A DNA stretch of 17,313 nt from Ginkgo biloba. Its lineage: Eukaryota > Plantae > Ginkgophyta. The stretch covers positions 120,586,565 to 120,603,877 of the forward strand of contig JANKJI020000002.1 in assembly GCA_024626585.2 (NCBI GenBank), given 5' to 3'. The position numbers and the translations under genes are program-made. Under the pieces are notes generated by a model that was not told where the DNA came from, made no database searches, and saw nothing but the letters and a program-made list of their open reading frames with translations. Below, piece by piece: positions 11,206-17,313 of the stretch. Positions within the stretch are counted from its first letter, which is position 1. Each line of letters starts with the position of its first letter.

Positions 11206-11228
11206 GTTTGGTTGATAGAAGCCCCTGA
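11206..11228 (+). CDS. Terminal coding exon of the same host gene (GLVDRSP*)
   Basis: An 82-nt U-rich GT-AG intron (11124-11205) ends in TTTGTCTTTTTTATTGGGTTCAG. Phase-compatible splicing gives ...QSLFQGLVDRSP with TGA at 11226-11228. Confidence 0.7.
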
Positions 11229-12301
11229 AACTTGTTTGCCTAATACACCACCTTGATACCTATGACGACTCTACAAGAAGCAGAGAGGGAATGGTGATGG
11301 ATGAAACTATGAAAGGAAAATATGGCAGAAGATAAAATGAACTGCAAGTTTAAGACACATCTGCACATGCCCTAAAAATTCTTTGGTAAAGGTAACAGAC
11401 ATCTGCAGGTGAAATATGTTTCTAATGGATTGCAATAGTATCAATCACAACGCTGCCTAAACAAGCTGAAGTGCACCAAATAAAACATTTTCACATACGA
11501 ATTCCAAAATAAATATTCCATGTAGTTGGGATTCAACTTCATTTCACAGAATGAGAATCAATATTCATTTTGCTAAGCTCTGGTAGGAATTCTGTTTTGC
11601 TTATAAACAGATGTAGAGCTATGCATGTGATCTACATGTAAAAAACAGAGCTTGCAACTATAGATGTCTCTATAGGGCCTATACTATAGCATTGATACAA
11701 TTTGTCTAAACTGTTATTATGAATGTTTTCTACTAACAGACAATAGGCATTGTAAGTGGATTTATCTCAAAACAGGTCAGTCTGACTGCTTACTGCAATA
11801 CATTGTCAAGACAACTGAGAGCTAAATCAAACGTAGTATGAAACCTGACCACAGCTTTGATTTGCTCAAACACAAACAATAGAAAGTTTGGAATTACTTT
11901 CACTGTGGCAGGTTTATGTAGAAAGTTGCAGGCTTACTCTGCTTTTTGCATATGTCTCCTCCCTTGAATAGAAGAACTAACATGGTGCAACTGAAAGGTA
12001 CTGCTTTTAAATGACACAGAGATAACATAAATATATCTATACTGATATGATCACAGGATATAAGAAAATGGCAGATACGGTAGCATGTGTGATATGAAAG
12101 AGATAACAAAGTAGTCTATACCTAAATTCATCAAGAATTAAGAAAATATAATTATCCAAAATTATTATGGAGTGAAATAGGAGACATGTTGAGGATATGT
12201 GGAAAAAAATAAAATAGTTGCAATACTCCTCTCAACTCAAAGTCAACTCTCACTGGCCATCAGAAAATAAAAACATTNNNNNNNNNNNNNNNNNNNNNNN
12301 N

Positions 12302-13120
12302 CTAAATTGCCAGAAAGTAGAAACCTCGGAGAATGAGAAATGTAAAACAGGACGAGAAATGTGAGATGCCAAAATTCTGGTGTGAGAAATGTTTTCTATT
12401 AAGAAGAAAAATATAGAAAATACAAAAACATACTATTAGAGTATTTTATGATGTTAGACAAAAGGAGAAAATCCACAAGCATGCATTCATTGCTGGACCT
12501 GTTAGTATCAATGATTTGTAATTCAGTAACAAACATTTATAGTACAGACTTAAAACTTCATGGTTTGANNNNNNNNNNNNNNNNNNNNNNCTTTAAACAC
12601 CAAATCTACATAATACAATTATTGGGAGCAGATATTGACATGTAGCACATCACAAATGGTGCACAATTATAAAGTTTATATGTCAAAATTCAAAAACTTT
12701 ATCCACACCAAAGGAAATGATCAAGTTCATTGTCATAACGGTCATGGTCAAGATCATCATCTACCAAACTCAACACACTTTCAAGGATCCAACACTGTTA
12801 CCAATGCTTCTTGGAATTCAGAGATTGCACATCATATTGCCACAATCTCATAAGGGATGTCATCCCCATTTGCATCACAGTTCCACATTTTGCATGGACG
12901 CAACCGATATTTTGGTGTAGCTGAGATATTTGGATGCATTTTGATACTGTTTCATGCTATTTCTCTAGAAATGACTAAGAAATACTTGAGAAATGTTTCA
13001 TGTGTTTTGTCCAACAGAAACCGAACCAATTACTCTCAGAAAGGTGTATCTAACAAGAAACATGTTTCTTAGGCATCTATTATGAGAAATGTGAGTGATG
13101 TTTTGTGTTTGATAACTGAG
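12302..13120 (-). mobile_element. hAT-derived non-autonomous DNA transposon
   Basis: Five exact GAGAAATGT subterminal motifs cluster at both ends (12335, 12354, 12384; 12988, 13084). The right end ...TTTGATAACTG(AG) is TIR-like. Internal minus peptide SATPKYRLRPCKMWN (12924-12880) plus an acidic tail resembles plant hAT transposase C-termini (Y..GPxKMWD). The left end probably lies in the N gap. Confidence 0.6.
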
Positions 13121-13401
13121 GGTTAGAAATGAGTGTATTTTCTTTCGATGCTCTTATTTGGTAGATGTGGCTATTATACACTCATGCTTACAAATTAGCA
13201 TTTGCATAAAGTACTGCAAACATGGAGTAGTTTTATAGCCTAAATAAAATATACTCTAAGGCTATTTGTATTTGTTAATCTTTTCTTTGTTATTCTGAAA
13301 GTCTAGTACAGCTAATGAAAGATTGAGCATGCTATGAGTTAACCTCTTACACGGGTATAATATTGNNNNNNNNNNNNNNNNNNNNNTGGGGAGTGAGAAA
13401 C

Positions 13402-13901
13402 CTATTCTAGCAGACGCTTCAGGACATGAAATTTAATAATGGGTTCATCTAGAACATTGTGATTCACTTCATTGATTCCCTTCAACTTGTTATGAGTAAC
13501 ATCTCTTTCAGCCAGCCCATATGGTTGCCTCCAAAAATGGATTGTGGTCATCTGTTGAATTGATGTGCTTTCCAACTCTGCAAAAGGTGCTCTCTGGTTT
13601 GTTTCTGGATTTCTTTTCTGTGTTTTTGTTTTACCAACCTTTTCCAACCTAGATACGTCTNNNNNNNNNNNNNNNNNNNNNNNNNNNNNNNNNNNNNNNN
13701 NNNNNNNNNNNNNNNNNNNNNNNNNNNNNNNNNNNNNNNNNNNNNNNNNNNNNNNNNNNNCTTCTTTTCTCCTTCAGAATCCCCCTTTGACCTAGCTTTG
13801 ATCACACTTGTCTGGTTTGTGACAAAACATGCGGGCAAGCCCAAGCGACGACATTGCTTTTTGAGTCTTGAATGTAGGGTTGATGTCATTTTGACAAGAC
13901 A
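13402..13901 (-). CDS. Probable terminal (or only) coding exon of an unidentified minus-strand host gene, interrupted by an assembly gap
   Basis: Two stop-free frames flank a 100-N placeholder gap: CLVKMTSTLHSRLKKQCRRLGLPACF...SEGEKK (13901-13761) and DVSRLEKVGK...RAPFAELES...KFHVLKRLLE* (13659-13402). Candidate acceptors lie at 13902 and 13929, and TAG is directly followed by donor-like GTTTCT. Frame continuity across the gap cannot be verified. Confidence 0.45.
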
Positions 13902-14868
13902 CTAGTAGAATCAAATATTTGGAGTAGACTAATTGAAAAATGAGAGATGATATGGGTTGCATGGAGATCATTTTGGACAAAAAGTTATAAGGAATGAGAG
14001 GATTTTTAGTTTACAGTAGAAAAGAAGTAAGGTCACACCAAGATTGAACATTGTATAGAAAAAGACATAAAACCTAATAATTGTTGAGAAATGTGTAAGA
14101 TAGACAACCATAGAATTCACAAGTCCATTTGATAAGAGTAAAGTCTAGCAAGAGCTCAAACCATATCAACAATTAATATAAAAAGTGATTAGTGAAGCAC
14201 CAAAATGGTTTACTAGTAAAATGAATCAATGAAATAGGTTTTGGATGACAAATGGGGATGCTGCAGGGGGAGTTCTCTTTATTCTAGAATTCTAGAATTC
14301 AGGTAGATGGATTTGTTGTTGTTGATTGGGTGGACGTGAAGATGGCACAACAAAGAATGTAAGAAATTCACACAAATCACATGAAGAAAAGGCATGATAA
14401 ATCCAATGTGTTATGCCAAGCTAAATTAATGACTAGAGGTAGCAAGAGAGACAAACATGAAGAAGAATAAATGTATCTTGATATCGATAAATCGTTTCTT
14501 AGAAGAATGAAACAACTCTACTACCTAAAGTTGTTGACGAAGAGCTTTCATGGTCGCATTATTCAAACAACAAAGCAAAGAACTCAAGACAAAGAATCAT
14601 CAAAATTAGTTTGTGATGGATTTGTTTCCTGGAAGATTCAACAAGTGTGAAATACTAACAGTTCTAATTGAAAAATAAAAAATTCAATGTGTTATCAAAT
14701 GTTGGGATTGAAGGGGATGATCTAATAGAGGTCAACAAATTTGAAACCAATCCACACACGAATTGGTGGTTGTCGTATGACATCTACATGTAGTAGATGA
14801 AAATGATTTGTAAGGTGATTTGGAGTTTGAGAAGATGCGTGATTCACTACTATACATGGAGGTTTTAT

Positions 14869-15079
14869 TGGAATAAAACTCTAGAGGAACCATGGTCAGG
14901 CATCAGGTCAACTGTCACACATTTGAGAATTTTTGGTTGCATTGCATACATGCATGTACCAAAGGGGAAGAGACCTAAGTGGGATGACAAAAGCTCCAAT
15001 TGCATCTAAAGCTTATTTCACTTGGATGCATCTTCTTGGGCTACAGTGAAGTAAGAAAAGCTTACAGAGTATATGAACT
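14869..15079 (+). mobile_element. Ty1/copia integrase C-terminal (SH3-like) fragment
   Basis: NKTLEEPWSGIRSTVTHLRIFGCIAYMHVPKGKRPKWDDKSSNCI / FLGYSEVRKAYRVYE matches TPEEAWSG.KP.V.HLRIFGC.AY.HVP..KR.KLD.KS.KCIFLGYS..SKAYRLY. Confidence 0.93.
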
Positions 15080-16980
15080 NNNNNNNNNNNNNNNNNNNNN
15101 NNNNNNNNNNNNNNNNNNNNNNNNNNNNNNNNNNNNNNNNNNNNNNNNNNNNNNNNNNNNNNNNNNNNNNNNNNNNNNNCTAACATATCAGTGATGCAAT
15201 TTTCTCTTATATGGAGCAGAGGGGTTGATTTGTGCTAGACAATCCTTGGGGTGAAAACCCAACTAGTCGATGTCTCTCAAATGTTGGGACTTACAATGTT
15301 TTTAGAAGGGTCATCTGTTGTAGACAGAAACAACATTACAACCGTTGTTGACTTGGATGTCGTCTTGAAGGAGTTGGTCTTGGTGGCTAGGAAGCTACAA
15401 AAGAATGATAGGGACACCCAATAAGTTTTGACTTTAGTTTATGACACTAGAAACCAACGTAGCAAAGCACTAAGTGGTGGATACAACAAAATTGGTTGAA
15501 GTAGAGGCTTAAAGAATTGACCTCATGACGATGATGAAGAATGAGACACGAGGAACTTGTTCATGGAGAGAAAAGGGGACAATGGTGGANNNNNNNNNNG
15601 GGTGCTTTGTGTGCAATGAATGTGTGAGCTAATTGCAAAAGAAAAATGGATACCAGAAAGTTAGTTGGTATATGTAGAGCTTCATATTAAGACATAGGCA
15701 CATGCCTACATCAAGCAAGTTACACCCCGACATCTTAACGAGACACATATTGAAGATGTTAATGAGGATGATGAAGAAATTAGGAATGATGCCTCACATT
15801 TTGGGTGTAAGCCACTCCTAAGAAAGCCCTAGTGGCAGTGTTGATGGTCAGTTAAAAAACAACACTTGCAATTGAGTCCCTGCTAGTTCCAACTAGAATG
15901 GTCCTACTATGTGTACCCACTGGTGATAATGTTGTAGAGATGGAAGAGTTGCCAACTTAATAGCAAGGATAGACTAGAAAGAGAACTTTGTCACCTATAT
16001 TGGCAAAGAGATCCACAAGAGGAAGCTTAGAAGGTGCAACTTTCACTGCAATTTGAGTGATTTGCACATTGCTAGTTGGCTTGGATCTTTCTAGAATGTT
16101 AATGAACATGTGCAATTTTGTTCTAGACCATAATCTATATAAGAGATTAATTATTGAATGTAACTTGTGAGGAAACTTTGCATTAAAAAATGTTGAACAA
16201 AGTTGCAAGTTAGTACTTAATTTTTTTATGTCTAGTATAATTGTATTTTGTATACACAGTTTAAATTTATGAGGATAGAAGATAGAATGCCATGAAGACT
16301 AGAGTTAATCACAAAAGCTTGAATTAAGGCAACTATGTCATTGAGTCCATTTCTATAAGAATTATGAGAGTTTCTCAAGAAGATTAGGTAGCTCAAGAAG
16401 AATTTAAATTTAGGATTCGTAGTAATTCAAGGTTGAAATTCGACTGGGGACAAAGCACAAGGTGTCGCTGCGGACCATACCTAAGTAGATTATAGGAAAA
16501 AGAGGAGTCTTGGTTCTTGAGTTATGATGTAATCTTCTCCAAGTCTTTTTGAAAGTATTATGGCCTTATTTTTCTCTCATTTCTCTCATTCTTTCTTTCT
16601 TGGAATTACTTTTGAAGTTCAATATGATGATCATGTTTTTTAATCTAATTCTTATTCTAGTTGTTTTGTTATAAATTTGCATTTTATAAATAATAGGCTC
16701 AATGGTTAACTCTCTTGTCTCAACAAAGCACATTAATAGTTATGATTGGCTTTGTTGCATAACGTAGTAATAAAAGTCATCAAGTAAATTGTGCTCGTCC
16801 CTGAGAGAGTTGGTTAAGTTCAACTTTCCCTTTGGTCCACTCTATTGCTTGAGCATCTGACTTAAGTTTAATGAATTGGCTTGTCTTTGGTTTTTCTGTT
16901 GAGAACAAGAACTTTTTAAATTTTGTTTTGGAAGTTATTTGTAAGAATATTGTTAAAATATGTCAGCAAGACTCATTTTC

Positions 16981-17180
16981 TTGAATATACTACTTTGGGA
17001 AAATTTCTATTTTTGGAATTTTTTTATTTAAAAAAATCTACTTTAGTAAATTTCTATTTTTAGAAAGTTTCCATTTTTGAAAGTGGCTATGTTAGTAGGT
17101 CGTCATGTTTAGCAAGTGACCATGTTTGGTTAGGTTTCTATTCAGGGCAATTTCTATTTTGGGTAGTTGCTACAAGTTCT
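16981..17180. repeat. Degenerate ~16-17-bp tandem array (~12 units)
   Basis: Units such as GGGAAAATTTCTATTTT, AGTAAATTTCTATTTTT, AGAAAGTTTCCATTTTT, AGTAGGTCGTCATGTTT, AGCAAGTGACCATGTTT, GGGCAATTTCTATTTT. Confidence 0.75.
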
Positions 17181-17191
17181 GGATTAAGGAA

Positions 17192-17270
17192 GGTTGCATG
17201 CATGAGTTGTTGCATGCATCAGTGGTTGCATGCATGTGTGTTTGGGCGATTGCATGCATATGCATGCATG
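17192..17270. repeat. TGCATGCAT (RY-motif) repeat cluster
   Basis: Five TGCATGCAT copies at 17195, 17211, 17227, 17251 and 17261; the first three have a 16-bp period. Confidence 0.85.
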
Positions 17271-17313
17271 TGATTTTGTGGACAAGAAGACCGTTTTAGT
17301 AGATGGAGGAGTT

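Noticed and set aside
2679-15079. The two copia fragments as halves of one element split by nested insertions
   Set aside because: They overlap in homology (both include TxEExW...LxxFGC) with different sequences, and host exons lie between them.
15180-16100. Decayed plus-strand coding-like sequence
   Set aside because: Probably a TE remnant, but no frame gives an identifiable motif.
16775-16810. CATCA followed by TTGTGCTCGTCCCTGAGAG as an LTR end plus PBS
   Set aside because: Plausible from context, but it lacks the TGG start, and I cannot match it to a specific tRNA or find the LTR 5' end.
16981-17270. Periodic repeats as a CRISPR-like array
   Set aside because: They are head-to-tail degenerate units with no unique spacers, no cas genes and a eukaryotic context.

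Overview
Eukaryotic, AT-rich, gap-riddled draft sequence. The TE families and long TE-filled introns suggest a large-genome land plant, probably a gymnosperm; this is inference. Most of the window is decayed, nested transposable elements whose frames are broken by C>T/G>A-type stops: two Ty1/copia integrase fragments (+), a ~430-bp LTR, a Tat-clade Ty3/gypsy archaeal-type RNase H (-), a non-L1 LINE ORF2 (-) and a hAT-derived non-autonomous element. There are also three decayed accessory ORFs. Two of them (4.8-6.4 kb, minus; 9.1-10.6 kb, plus) are distant protein-level homologues, and the third carries an AT-hook. Host-gene sequence is limited to about 10.9-13.9 kb: the last two coding exons of an unidentified plus-strand gene (...QIPPIQSLFQGLVDRSP*) and a probable terminal coding exon of an unidentified minus-strand gene (...KFHVLKRLLE*). 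The two genes converge and may overlap in their 3' UTRs. No prokaryote-type system, CRISPR array or intact RNA gene is supported. All translations and alignments were done by eye, with no database searches.
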